A stretch of 64,000 bases of DNA from Octopus sinensis (GCF_006345805.1 NC_043026.1:14177579-14241578), one strand, 5' to 3'; shown: positions 14,069 to 27,842, counted from the first letter of the stretch. Notes: a model not told the origin generated them from the letters alone. A program made the numbers and translations.

Positions 14069-14390
14069 TTATGTCCACCGGTCCTTTCCAATACACTGAC
14101 CCTTTCCTCCCCACCATTCCCATACGTTTTCATACCATGTCGGCTTGTAATAATCGGCAGCGTGTAGCATCGCACAAACACGACACCAAAATTTGGTATT
14201 AATAAATTCTCCTGTTCCTTTCCATTTGAAATACTCATTATAAAGAGTATCATTTTTATCAAGTTTATGCAGATAATCTGCCAATTCTTTTGGGGATTTG
14301 AAATCCTCGTAGTGGATGTACGAATTCTCGGGTGCTACTTCACGATAGTCATCAGGATGGGCACCCATTACAATTGGAATAGCATTATAT
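14069..14390 (-). pseudogene. Orphan FucT exon-2 duplicate with an open frame and intact acceptor. No exon 1 was seen upstream in the window.
   Basis: Colinear with 4073..4394 (offset 9996): YNAIPIVMGAHPDDY...EFINTKFWCRVCAMLH. Homology spans about 13945-14510. Confidence 0.65.
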
Positions 14391-14931
14391 CTGCAATAGA
14401 CAAAAGAAAAAAATAAACGAAAATACAGCTGCCATAAACAATATTGGAATGAGAAATAATGATTCATGCAAGCAAATTATATATAAATCATATATAATGA
14501 TATCATAAAAAGTATATGTTTATAAACAGTTATATAACGGAGGAGTGTGCGTGTGTGTATACGTTTGCGTGTCTGTGTTTGTCTACCCAACATCGACTGA
14601 CAACCGATGCTAGTGTGTTTACGTCCCCGTCACTTAGCGGTTCGGCAAAAGAGACCGATAGAATGAGTACTGGGCTTACAAAGAACAAGTCCCGGGGTCG
14701 ATTTGCTCGACTAAAAGGCGGTGCTCCAGCATGGCCACAGTCAAATGACTGAAACAAGTAAAGGAGTAAAAGAGTGAAAATAGGAGAACTGTATATCCTG
14801 TGAGACCCCGGGACTTATTCTTTTGTAAGCCCAGTACTTATTCTATCGGATCTCTTTTGCCGAACCGCTAAGTGACGGCGACGTAAACACACCAGCATCG
14901 GTTGTCAAGCAATGCTAGGGGGACAAACATA

Positions 14932-15033
<102 letters not shown>

Positions 15034-15460
15034 CACGACAGGCTTCTTTCAGTTTCCGTCTACCAAATCCACTCACAAGGCATTGGTCAGCCCGGGGCTA
15101 TAGCAGAAGACACATGCCCAAGATGCCACGCAGTGGGACTGAACCCGGAACCATGTGGTTGGTTAGCAGGCTACTTACCACACAGCCACTCCTGCGCTGA
15201 TTATTTATCAAGACTGATTTCAAAAAATGCTGAACCATTTGAAGACATCATATCATGGTTACTGCATTTCTATCAGAACATGAAATTAAAAACTCCCTTT
15301 TTTTCTTCCCCTCATCCTCTCACATTCCTCCCTTCTTCTCTGCCTATCCGTTCTCACGTGACTGCACGCCATTTTTTGTTTCACCTCTGTGTTTTCTGTG
15401 TGCTTTTGTTGGTGTTATGGTGTCACAGATTTACCATGCAAGCATTTTACACGCTTGTCT

Positions 15461-16545
15461 GGATGGAAGCACTCCGTCGGTTACGACGACGAGGGTTCCG
15501 GTTGATCCGAATCAACGGAACAGCCTGCTCGTGAAATTAACGTGTAAGTGGCTGAGCACTCCACAGACACGTGTACCCTTAACGTAGTTCTCGGGGATAT
15601 TCAGCGTGACACAGAGAGTGACAAGGCCGGCCCTTTGAAATACAGGTACAACAGAAACAGGAAGTAAGAGTGAGAGAAAGTTGTGGTGAAAGAGTGAAAG
15701 TACTCCGTCGGTTACGACGACGAGGGTTCCGGTTGATCCGAATCAACGGAACAGCCTGCTCGTGAAATTAACGTGTGAGTGGCTGAGCACTCCACAGACA
15801 CGTGTACCCTTAACGTAGTTCTCGGGGATATTCAGTGTGACACAGAGAGTGACAAGGCCGGCCCTTTGAAATACAGGTACAATAGAAACAGGAAGTAAGA
15901 GTGAGAGAAAGTTGTGGTGAAAGAGTGGAAGCACTCCGTCGGTTACGACGACGAGGGTTCCGGTTGATCCGAATCAACGGAACAGCCTGCTCGTGAAATT
16001 AACGTGTAAGTGGCTGAGCACTCCACAGACACGTGTACCCTTAACGTAGTTCCCGGGGATATTCAGCGTGACACAGAGAGTGACAAGGCCGGCCCTTTGA
16101 AATACAGGTACAACAGAAACAGGAAGTAAGAGTGAGAGAAAGTTGTGGTGAAAGAGTGGAAGCACTCCGTCGGTTACGACGACGAGGGTTCCGGTTGATC
16201 CGAATCAACGGAACAGCCTGCGCGTGAAATGAACGTGTGAGTGGCTGAACACTCCACAGACACGTGTACACTTAACGTAGTTCTCGGGGATACTCAGCGT
16301 GACACAGAGAGTGACAAGGCCGGCCCCTTGAAATACAGGTACAACAGAAACAGGAAGTAAGAGTGAGAGAAAGTTGTGGTGAAAGAGTACAGCAGGGATC
16401 ACCACCATCCCCTGCTGGGGCCTCGTGGAGCTTTTTTTAGGTGTTTTCGCTCAATAAACACTCACAACGCCCGGTCTGGGAATCGAAACCGCGATCCTAC
16501 GACCGCGAGTCCACTGCCCTAACCACTGGGCCATTGCGCCTCCAC
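15461..16545 (-). mobile_element. tRNA-derived SINE, family B, with one head and four tandem 231-bp 3' parts
   Basis: Minus head GGAGGCGCAATGGCCCAGTGGTTAGGGCAG...GGTTTCGATTCCC. Target-site duplication TACACGCTTGTCT at 15448-15460 and 16546-16558. Confidence 0.85.
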
Positions 16546-16857
16546 TACACGCTTGTCTACATACACGTGGAAATACGTGCGTATATATTTATATATATAT
16601 TCTTACATATGTACATTCACACACACACACACACACATGTATATATATATATATAGAGAGAGAGAGAGACAGAGAGTTGAATTTTACAGAAAGACAGATT
16701 TACAAGCAGCAAGCAGGTGTATTTGTTTAAGGCTCGGGAAGGTGAGACAGTCTTTTACGTTTCGATCCTACGCTCGTCAACAGATATTCATTGCGGTAAT
16801 CAAATGTTTGGCATTCAGGTTGGATTTCAACACCATCTTCACCCTTTGTTGATACAC

Positions 16858-16889
<32 letters not shown>

Positions 16890-16914
16890 CATCATCATCA
16901 TCATCATCATCATC

Positions 16915-16988
<74 letters not shown>

Positions 16989-17012
16989 GATAGTAATAAT
17001 AATAATAATAAT

Positions 17013-17553
17013 ACAGGCAGTGGCTCTCATGGCTTCTGATCTTAACTGATTGGAAGTGTTATCATGTACATTGTTTTGTCTTGGTATAAAAGATGGGCTG
17101 CAGCAAATATTCTGCTCAATACCACAGATTTGCTTGGTCAGTTGTTTGACCTTAACCAGTTGACCATGTCCCTTAGTGGCTGACGATATGTGCATCTCTG
17201 ATCACGAGCAGAAGTAGTGGGGGAGCATCATAGCCATGTGTTGAGGGGGATTCTTTGGGGTTTGAATAGTTCACCTCTGGAAACATGGGTGGTTCTTTCA
17301 ACATCCTTAAACAACCCTTATTCAGGGACCGCTTGAGCGGGATGGGCTACTCAACCTGAAGAAAATTCTAACTGGGCCCCACCTGCAAGGTCATGTGCTG
17401 TTTATCTTGATATGAGATCACCATGTCGCGCACATATGGTTGTGGTGCATGTGCCTGGTGTACCCTTATCAGACGGGTTGTCATGATGGGTATACTGGGC
17501 TTCGTATATTTTACCCCAGTGTCACTTTGATGGCATGCACTGCTCTCTCACTC

Positions 17554-17644
<91 letters not shown>

Positions 17645-18008
17645 TAATAATAATATTAAGTACCAGACAGTGGCTCTCATGGCTTCTGATCTTAACTGAT
17701 TGGAAGTGTTAGAGGTTTGGATAATTCACCTCTGGAAACATGGATGTTTCGTTCAACATCCTTAAACAATCCTTATTCAAGGACCTTTTGAGCGGGATGG
17801 GCTACTCAACCTGAAGAAAATTCTAACTGGGCCCCACCTGCAAGGTCATGTGCTGTTTATCTTGATATGAGATCACCATGTCGCGCACATATGGTTGTGG
17901 TGCATGTGCCTGGTGTACCCTTATCAGACGGGTTGTCATGATGGGTATACTGGGCTTCGTATATTTTACCCCAGTGTCACTTTGATGGCATGCACTGCTC
18001 TCTCACTC

Positions 18009-18045
<37 letters not shown>

Positions 18046-18460
18046 TATAATACTAATAATAATAATAATAATAATAATAATATATAATAATAATAATAAT
18101 AATAATATTAAGTACCAGACAGTGGCTCTCATGGCTTCTGATCTTAACTGATTGGAAGTGTTAGAGGTTTGGATAATTCACCTCTGGAAACATGGATGTT
18201 TCGTTCAACATCCTTAAACAATCCTTATTCAAGGACCTTTTGAGCGGGATGGGCTACTCGACCAGAAGAAAATTCTAACTGGGCCCCACCTGCAAGGTCA
18301 TGCGCTGTTTATCTTGATATGAGATCACCATGTCGCGCACATATGGTTGTGATGCATGTGCCTGGTGTACCCTTATCAGACGGGTAGTCATAACGGGTAT
18401 ACTGGGCTTTGTATATTTTACCCCAGTGTCACTTTGATGGCATGCACTGCTCTCTCACTC
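17013..18460 (+). mobile_element. Three copies (one long, two internally deleted) of a non-coding element embedded in (TAA)n, probably a non-autonomous or 3' part of an R4/Dong-like LINE
   Basis: Copies at 17013-17553, 17659-18008 and 18111-18460 all end TGCTCTCTCACTC then (AAT)n. A reverse copy lies at 36457-37009. Confidence 0.65.
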
Positions 18461-18503
<43 letters not shown>

Positions 18504-18981
18504 GTAATAATAATAGTAGTAGTAGTAGTAGTAGTAGTATAGTAGTAGTAGTAGTAGTGGTGGTGATGATAATGATGATGATGATGATGATGATGGTGGT
18601 GGTGCTGGTGGTGCTGGTGGTGATGGTGATGGTGGTGGTGGTGATGGTGATGGTGGTGGTGGTGATGGTGATGGTGATGGTGATGTTGATTGTGGTGATG
18701 TTGATGGTGGTGGTGGTGATGATGATGATGATGACGATGATGAGGGTGGCGGTGGCAGTGGTGGTGGTGGCGCTGGCGAGGGTGGTGAAGATGTGTGGAT
18801 GACGATGATGATGATGAAAAGGCGGAGATTGATGACGATCAAGAAGAGAAGGAGGAGGAGGAAGAGGAGGTGGAACGGGAGGAGTGTGATGATGACGGTG
18901 GTGACGGTGGTGAAGTTGGTGATGGTGATGGTGATGGTGATGGTGACGATGATGATAATGATGATGATGATGATGATGATA

Positions 18982-19012
<31 letters not shown>
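18461..19012. repeat. Compound trinucleotide microsatellite (AAT/AGT/GGT/GAT)
   Basis: Directly visible low-complexity tract. Confidence 0.9.
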
Positions 19013-19013
<1 letters not shown>

Positions 19014-19294
19014 ATAAAGGCCAGCAAAACTGGCAGAATTGTTAGCACGTCGAGGGAAATGCTTTGCGGTATTTCATTTTTGTCTTCGAGTTCCGAGTTC
19101 AAGTTCGGCCGACGTCGACTGCCTCTGATTGTTCAAGGATCGATAAAATAAGAACCGGCTGAACACTGGGGTCGATCTAATCGAACAGTTCTCATCCTTG
19201 GAAATTGCTGGCACTGCTCTAATATTTGTAATTACCATTATTGTCTTCCGTCAGAGGTTTTGCAATATTTTGGTAACTTGTTTGCTTCATTGAC

Positions 19295-20372
19295 CTCCAG
19301 TGCGTAACTGGTACTTAAATTTATCGACCCCGAAAGGATGAAAGGCAAAGTCGACCTCGGCGGAATTTGAACTCAGAACGCAGCGGCAGACGAAATACCT
19401 ATTTCTTTATTACCCACAAGGGGCCAGACATAGAGGGGACAAACAAGGACAGACAAAAGGATTAAGTCGATTACATCGACCCCATTGCGTAACTGGTACT
19501 TAAATTTATCGACCCCGAAAGGATGAAAGGCAAAGTCGACCTCGGCGGAATGTGAACTCAGAACGCAGCGGCAGACGAAATACCTATTTCTTTACTACCC
19601 ACAAGGGGCGAGACATAGACGGGACAAAGAAGGACAGACAAAAGGATTAAGTCGATTACATCAACCCCATTGCGTAACTGGTACTTAAACTTATCGACCC
19701 CGAAAGGATGAAAGGCAAAGTCGACCTCGGCGGAATTTGAACTCAGAACGCAGCGGCAGACGAAATACCTATCTCTTTACTACCCACAAGGGGCCAGACA
19801 TAGAGGGGACAAACAAGGACAGACAAAAGGATTAAGTCGATTACATCGACCCCAGTGAGTAACTGGTACTTAAATTTATCGACCCCGAAAGGATGAAAGG
19901 CAAAGTCGACCTCGGCGGAATTTGAACTCAGAACGCAGCGGCAGACGAAATACCTATTTCTTTATTACCCACAAGAAGTTAAACATAGAGGGGACAAACA
20001 AGGACAGACATAGGTATTAAGTCGATTACATCGAACCCAGTACGTAACTGGTACTTAAATTTATCGACCCCGAAAGGATGAAAGGCAAAGTCGACCTCGG
20101 CGGAATTTGAACTCAGAACGCAGCGGCAGACGAAATACCTATTTCTTTATTACCCACAAGGGGCTAAACACAGAGGGGACAAACAAGGACAGACAAAGGG
20201 ATTAAGTCGATTACATCGACCCCAGTGCGTAAATGGTACTTAAATTTATCGACCCCGAAAGGATGAAAGGCAAAGTCGACCGCGGCGGAATTTGAACTCA
20301 GAACGCAGCGGCGGACGAAATACCACAAAGCATTTCGCCCGGCTTGCTAACGTTTCTGCCAGCTCGCCGCCT
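19295..20372 (-). repeat. Tandem array of SINE family A, about six 185-bp units with one head
   Basis: The junction TACCTAT recurs at 19396, 19581, 19766 and onward. A single head lies near 20372. Confidence 0.9.
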
Positions 20373-20792
20373 TATTGCCAGCTCGCCGCTTCATTCTTCG
20401 ACTTACAACAATAGCAGCCAGGTATTCAAAGTTGAGTCGACTGTTTTGTACCCTCTGAAGGCACCTTCCTGCCAGTTCTTCGATCCCACGCTGATACTGG
20501 TTCTACCCCTTCGAAGCGAAGAACTTCTTCACTGAAGTGTGCAACCCCCTTTTTGGTGGCCTGGCTTATTCCAGTTTTTGCTCTCTAAATACACACACAA
20601 GGCTTTGGTCGGTCCTGGGTTCTAGTCGCAGACACCCAACGTGCGACGCACAAAACGGCCGAAGCTAGAACCATGGGCTGGGAAGCAACTTCTTGCCAAA
20701 GAGCTACCTTTGTCCCTACACACACATACACACACACGCATGTATTTATGTATTTATCCAACAATGCGTACATGCATACATACGTGTGTTTG

Positions 20793-21391
20793 TGTGGTGG
20801 TGGTGGTGGTGGTGGTGGTGGTGGTTGTGGTGGTGGTGGTTGTGGTGGTGGTGGTTGTGGTGGTGGTGGTTGTGGTGGTGGTGGTGGTTTTGGTGGTGTT
20901 GGTGGTTTTGGTGGTGGTGGTGGTGGTGGTTTTGGTGGTGGTGGTGGTGGTGGTGGTTTTGGTGGTGGTGGTGGTGGTGGTGGTGGTTGTGGTGGTGGTG
21001 GTGGTGGTGGTGGTGGTTTTGGTGTGGTGGTGGTGGTGGTGGTGGTGGTGGTGGTGGTTTTGGTGGTGGTGGTGTTTTGGTGGTGGTGGTGGTGGTTGTG
21101 GTGGTTGTGGTGGTGGTGGTGGTGGTTTTGGTGGTGATGGTGTTGGTGATGGTGGTGGTGGTGTTGGTGTTGGTGTTGGTGGTGGTGTTGGTGGTGATGG
21201 TGGTGGTGGTGGTGGTGGTTTTGGTGGTGGTGGTGGTGGTGGTAGTGTTAGTGATGGAGGTGGTGGTTTTGGTGGTGTTGGTGGTGGTGGTTTTGGTGGT
21301 GGTGGTGGTTATTTGGTGGTGGTGGTTTTGGTGGTGGTGATGGTGTTGGTGGTGGTGATGGTGTTGGTGGTGATGTGTGTGTGTGTGTGTG
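20793..21391. repeat. (GGT)n microsatellite
   Basis: About 600 bp of degenerate GGT repeat. Confidence 0.95.
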
Positions 21392-21700
21392 TTCGGCAAT
21401 ATGGGATGAGTACTATTAACGATGGTCCCGTTTGGTTAATTTGAAATACCAGTGGTTTAACTAGGCGAAAACAAAACGATTTGACGCCACACAGACGAAG
21501 AGACAAAGAGGGAACCTAGATGAAAGAGTGTGTAAGAATGGGAAACAGAGAACTGACAGACAAACAGCAATTTATATCGGACCCAAGATTTTATCAGTAT
21601 TTTCGTTCGTCCGTAAAACTCTGCTCTAGATAATAGGAGGTGCATTCCAGAAGTTTTGAAACTTCTTTATAATAGAAGCAGTTAGGACTGTCCTCAAAAA

Positions 21701-23788
21701 GGCGGCGAACTGGCAGAAACGTTAGCACGCCGGACGAAATGCGTAGCCGTATTTCGTCTGCCGTTACGTTCTGAGTTCAAATTCCGCCGAGGTCGACGTT
21801 GCCTTTCACCTTTTCGGGGTCGATAAATTTAAGTACCAGTTACGCACTGGGGTCGATGTAATCGACTTAATCCATTTGTCTGTCCTTGTTTGTCCCCTCT
21901 GTGTTTAGCCCCTTGTGGGTAATAAAGAAATAGGTTTGTCGGGCTGGCAGAAACGTTAGCACGCCGGACGAAATGCGTAGCCGTATTTCGTCTGCCGTTA
22001 CGTTCTGAGTTCAAATTCCGCCGAGGTCGACGTTGCCATTCATCCTTTCGGGATCGATCAATTAAGTACCAGTTACGCACCAGTTACGCACCAATCGACT
22101 TAATCCCTTTGTCTGTCCTTGTTTGTCCCCTCTGTATTTAGCCCCTTGTTGGTAGTAAAGAAATATATATTATCATTACTACTGTTCAAATTCTGCCGAG
22201 GTGGACTTTCATCCTTTCGGGGTCGATAAATTAAGTACCAATTACGCACTGGAGGTCGATGTAATCGACTTAATCCGTTTGTCTGTCCTTTTTTGTCCCC
22301 TCTATGTTTAGCCCCTTGTGGGCAATAAAGAAATTTATAACTGTCCGGAATTATTTTAATTCCTTATATCACTTTAATGCATCTGATAAGCTAACCTGCC
22401 AACTTTTGTTATTCCAGATCGAAGGACGTGGCTTTAACAGCATTTTGAACGGACCCTACTAAACATTGTTTGTCACAGCTGATTTGTTTGAAGAATGCAG
22501 TAAAAATGGGATGTCAATTTGGGTGATCGATACGCAATAAAATTTTGTGTTAAACAGAACAAAAATGTACCAGAAACGTCTGAAAGGCTTCAGATGCGAA
22601 TGGATTTTACACTTAATGAGCCAAGCATCTGTTACTAGCTGAAACAAAAGGCCACTGTAAAACTCATGAAAATCCTCTTTTTCAATAGCAAAAGTATCAT
22701 CTACATCCACCGGGTTCCTCTCGGCCACATAGTCAACAATCAATATTCTGTAGAGGTTTAGGAGTTCAGGCAGATATTTTCTCGCAAAAGACTACAGCTC
22801 TCCCACTCGCGTCGGTAACAGCTGCACCACGTTAGCACGCCGTTATGGGTATTTCGTCTGCCGTTATGTTCTGAGTTCAAATTACGCCGAGGTCGACTGG
22901 TCGACTTTGCCTTTCATCCTTTCGGAGTCGATAAATTAAGTACCAGTTACGCGTTGGGGTCGATATAATCGACTTAATCCGTTTGTCGGTCCTTGTTTGT
23001 CCCCTCTGTGTTTAACCCCTTGTGGGTAATAAAGAAATAGGTCTGCCGCTACGTTCTGAGTTCAAATTCCGCCGAGGTCGACTTTGCCTTTCATCCTTTC
23101 GGGGTCGATAAATTAAGTACCAGTTATGCACTGGGGTCGATGTAATCGACTTAATCCCTTTGTCTGCCCTTGTTTGTCCCCTCTATGTTTAGCCCTTTGT
23201 GGGTAGTAAAAAAATAGGTATTTCCTCTGCCGTTATGTTCTGAGTTCAAATTCCGCCGAGGTCGACTTTGCCTTTCATCCTTTCGGGGTCGATAAATTAA
23301 GTATCAGTTATGCACTGCGGTCGATGTAATCGACTTAATCCGTTTGTCTGTCCTTGTTTGTCCCCTCTGTGTTTAGCCCCTTGTGGGTAGTAAAGAAATA
23401 TATATTATCATTACTACTGTTCAAATTCTGCCGAGGTGGACTTTCATCCTTTCGGGGTCGATAAATTAAGTACCAGTTATGCACTGGAGGTCGATGTAAT
23501 CGACTTAATCCGTTTGTCTGTCCTTTTTTGTCCCCTCTATGTTTAGCCCCTTGTGGGCAATAAAGAAATTTATAACTGTCCGGAATTATTTTAATTCCTT
23601 ATATCACTTTAATGCATCTGATAAGCTAACCTGCCAACTTTTGTTATTCCAGATCGAAGGACGTGGCTTTAACAGCATTTTGAACGGACCCTACTAAACA
23701 TTGTTTGTCACAGCTGATTTGTTTGAAGAATGCAGTAAAAATGGGATGTCAATTTGGGTGATCGATACGCAATAAAATTTTGTGTTAA
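21701..23788 (+). repeat. SINE family A clusters with mariner-end remnants, including a local duplication (about 22095-22552 repeated at 23330-23788)
   Basis: Repeated family A bodies. The non-SINE sequence TATAACTGTCCGGAATT...TTTTGTGTTAA occurs twice. Confidence 0.75.
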
Positions 23789-24375
23789 CCCCTTACCCAA
23801 CAATTATTTTGAAAATAAATGTATTTTTTCAGACATATTTTTTAATTGTTTTATTTTACTATGTTTTGAATGGTGATTTCGAGGTATATTTCAAACCTTA
23901 TTTATTATGAATTTTAATTCAATAATATTGATTTTAAATTACCGCTTTGGGCAGAAACGAGTTAACTTTGTGGGTAGTAAAGAAACAGGTGTACAAGTCC
24001 ACAATTCCATCGTAGTTACCTACCATTTGATAGAGATGGGCATCACATGTGTCCTTCACCCTCCTTACAGACCAGACCGTGATTCCTGAAGTTCTGGTTG
24101 TCCCCCAAGCTGAAGGAGAAGTTGAAGGATCCCGAAAACGTTCACTTTGGTGGGAGGGCCTTCCAAAGGGCCTTCACAGGCGGCTTGGGCACCAAAACAA
24201 ATGCATTGAAGTCAGAGGTTCCCACCTTGAATTGTATTAGAGTATTGTACTTCTTTGAAATTAATAAATGTCACCCTTGAAATAGTCTCAAAACTTTTCA
24301 AATGCCCCTTCTATATAATTCCCTCATTTTGATCAATTTTCTCACAACTTGAGTGTGAGTATAAGCTCTCACAAT

Positions 24376-24767
24376 GGATGGTAGCACTCCGTCGGTTACG
24401 ACGACGAGGGTTCCGGTTGATCCGATCAACGGAACAGCCTGCTCGTGAAATTAACGTGTAAGTGGCTGAGCACTCCACAGACACGTATACCCTTAACGTA
24501 GTTCTCGGGGATATTCAGCGTGACACAGAGAGTGACAAGGCCGGCCCTTTGAAATACAGGTACAACAGAAACAGGAAGTAAGAGTGAGAGTGAGAAGAAG
24601 TTGTGGTGAAAGAGTACAGCAGGGATCACCACCATCCCTGCCGGAGCCTCATGGAGCTTTAGGTGTTTTCGCTCAATAAACACTCACAACGTCCGGTCTG
24701 GGAATCGAAACCGCGATCCTACGACCACGAGTCCGCTGCCCTAACCACTGGGCCATTGCGCCTCCGA
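24376..24767 (-). mobile_element. SINE family B. Other copies at 39520-39912, 45359-45743, 50784-51120, 57153-57536, and 61740-62400 (dimer).
   Basis: TSD AAGCTCTCACAAT at 24363-24375 and 24768-24780. tRNA-like head with A and B boxes. Confidence 0.85.
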
Positions 24768-25569
24768 AGCTCTCACAATAAGAGCAATAAGAGTCTCATC
24801 ATCGTTCTTTCTCTCTCCAACAGACTTAACCCTTTAGTATTTAAACCGGCTGTATCCGCCCAAATATTCTACAATTTTTTTGCTCAAGCTGGCCTGAACC
24901 AGCATCTCACACCTACCCTGCAATGTCATTCTAAAAATAAGCAATTACATCTTCTCCTCTTTTACTCTTTTACTTGTTTCAGTCGTTTGACTGCGGCCGT
25001 GCTGGAGCACCGCCTTTAGTCGAGCAAATCGACCCCGGGACCTATTCTTTTGTAAGTCCAGTACTTATTCTATCGGTCTATTTTGCCGAAACGCTAAGTA
25101 ACGGGGACCTAAACACACCAGCATCGGTTGTCAAGCAATGCTAGGGGGACAATCACACATATACACAAGCACACACACACACACACATTTTTTTTTCTAG
25201 TTTCAGCTCAGAGCTGCGGCCATGCTGATGTTTTGACTCGATAGTTTATTTGTTTTTACATTGATAGTGAAAGTGAAAGTAGAATAAAATGCTCTCTTAT
25301 TTCTGAAAGGGAAAAAAACGTTGCACCAACAATTAAAAAGATATGTGCAGTTTTTGAGTTTGTGGGGAGGGGTACCCCAGCTGATAGGGCTGTTCGTAAG
25401 TGGTTCTCTAAGTTTGGGCGTAAAATTTTGACCTCGAAGACCGTGATTGAAAAAAATATGGATTTCTAATTTTTATCATATATTTATTTTTATCGTATAT
25501 TTTATTTTTTCTATATGGTATGATTTACGTCTATCATTGTTTGAATTACATATTAGTGCTTTTTCTCTA

Positions 25570-25624
<55 letters not shown>

Positions 25625-25846
25625 TATTAGCTGGTGTTTTTCAAACGATGAATAGCTTTGCGTAAACCATGGTCCGTTTTGTTCTCTTACTTTATTATCA
25701 TCTTATAATCATCTCATAATAATGACTTTTATGACTCGTATTACTACCTCAGTCAATCTAAATGTATATATTTGTCGTTACCTGCCATAAATAGCCTTTT
25801 TTTATTTGCAATGTGCATTATTATATTTTCTTTTTGTAACATATTT

Positions 25847-25887
<41 letters not shown>

Positions 25888-25953
25888 ACACATATAGATA
25901 GATAGAAATGTATATACATATATATAATATATATATATATATATAATATATAT

Positions 25954-26020
<67 letters not shown>

Positions 26021-26119
26021 GTATAATATATATATACATATGTATGATATATATATATATATGTGTATGCATGTATGTACGTATACAAAAGTTCGTCAAG
26101 TATAAAGTTTGTAGTAAGG

Positions 26120-27050
26120 TATATGGTAAATTTTGACAGCAATTTCTTCCACTTGATCTCTTCTAAGAAATTTTCACTCAGTTGTATAGTGTGTGGTGGG
26201 CGAGCATTATCGCGAAGCAAGCTTCCTCTCTTTGACTAAGAACGGGTGATTTTTGTCCAAAGTTGCTTTCAAGCAACGAAGTGGATCGCAATAAAGATTG
26301 GTGTTGATCGTTTGATTATTGGCAACAAATCATCAAAAAAAAAAAAGAAAGCTTAGATTATTCAACAGATCCACTACTATTTTATTGCAAGACAACGCCA
26401 GACCACACATCGCAAAAGTGACATAGACGAAACTAAAGGAGTTGGGATTGGAAGTTCTCCATCATTCACATTACTCACCTGATCTCGCCCCCACTAATTA
26501 CCAGTTCTTCCAGAATTTGGATAATTTTTTGATAGGAAAACAATTTAATTCCGACGATACTGGAGTGGCTGTGTGGTAAGTAGCTTGCCTACCAACCACA
26601 TGGTTCCGGGTTCAGTCCCACTGTGTGGCATCCTGGGCAAGTGTCTTCTGCTATAGCCTCGGGCCGACCAATGCCTTGTGAGTGGATTTGGTAGACGGAA
26701 ACTGAAAGAAGCCTGTCGTATATATGTATATATGTATGTGTGTGAATAAGTACTGGGCTTACAAAGAATAAGATTTGCTCGACTGGAGGCGGTGCTCCAG
26801 CATGGCTGCAGTCAAATGACTGAAACAAGTAAAAGAGTATACTGTAAAACAGGCCTTCCAAGGTTTTATTGACTCTAGATTGCCAGGCTTTTACAGTTCC
26901 GTGCTGGACAAGCGACCGCTGAAATGGCAAAAGTATATTGACAATATGGGTGCATACTTTGATGAATAAAACTATTCCTTGTATTAATAGAACATTAGCA
27001 AACTTTTTTTTTTCCTTTTCTACAAATTTCATACTTGAAGACTTAATAGA
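26120..27050. mobile_element. Mariner transposase remnants in both orientations, interrupted by a family C SINE
   Basis: Plus strand LLQDNARPH..LEVLHHSHYSPDLAPTNYQFF. Minus strand [11 protein letters not shown], a fragment repeated at about 30810-30990. Confidence 0.7.
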
Positions 27051-27842
27051 AAAAGAAAGTCGCCAGAATTTTGGAAAACACTTTTTATTTATTCATCATT
27101 ATTATTAGCGCCTTTGTTCTTTTTCTCTATATAAAAGTGAAATGGCCAAAAGTTGTGCTTGCGTGTCTCATTTAGTGGTTATGCAAGGTTCAATGGCAGT
27201 AGGCGCGCTCGAATTGCGGCGAAAATTTACAGGGACATGTAAAATGAAGCGAGGAAGCGACTGGACTAGGTTAGAAATCTCCATCTCTGTAGTTACTAGG
27301 GGAACAAAACCCATTTTCAATCGATTCTGCAAGCTGTGGGCGATTTATATAAAAAGCACACTTGCATAATCTACAGGCTCTTCTGTTTAATAGTTCGCCA
27401 TTTTTTTGTGGAAATTGTTTAAAAATAAAGACCTTATGTAGTGAAAAGGGTTACATTTTTAGTCGTTTTACCGTTTGATTTTTTGCCTATACGATTTGAC
27501 AAGAAATATTTTTTGGATTTTGATTCGTTCGAAAATTCCGCCTATAAGTACAAAATTTATTCAAGTTTACGGTTATTTTTCGTTTTATTTTCTCGATTTT
27601 GTGGCAGGAGACGATAGACGTGAAATATATTCAAAGACATTTCATTTTTTTTTTTTTCTTCAAATGTTGCGGTTCGAGAATAGATCCGAATGAAATCGGG
27701 TCAAAAATCTAGTAATAAATGAATTAAAAATTATTTTCCATAATTCTGGCGACCTCCTTTTTTTCTCAATATATAATATCTGTACACTACTTCTAACTCC
27801 CTCTCTCTCTCCCTCTCTCTCACTCTCTCTCACTCTATATAT

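Noticed and set aside
20641-21444. Gly/Val/His/Thr-rich ORFs, and similar poly-I, YI, HT and CV ORFs elsewhere
   Set aside because: They are translations of microsatellites that happen to lack stops.
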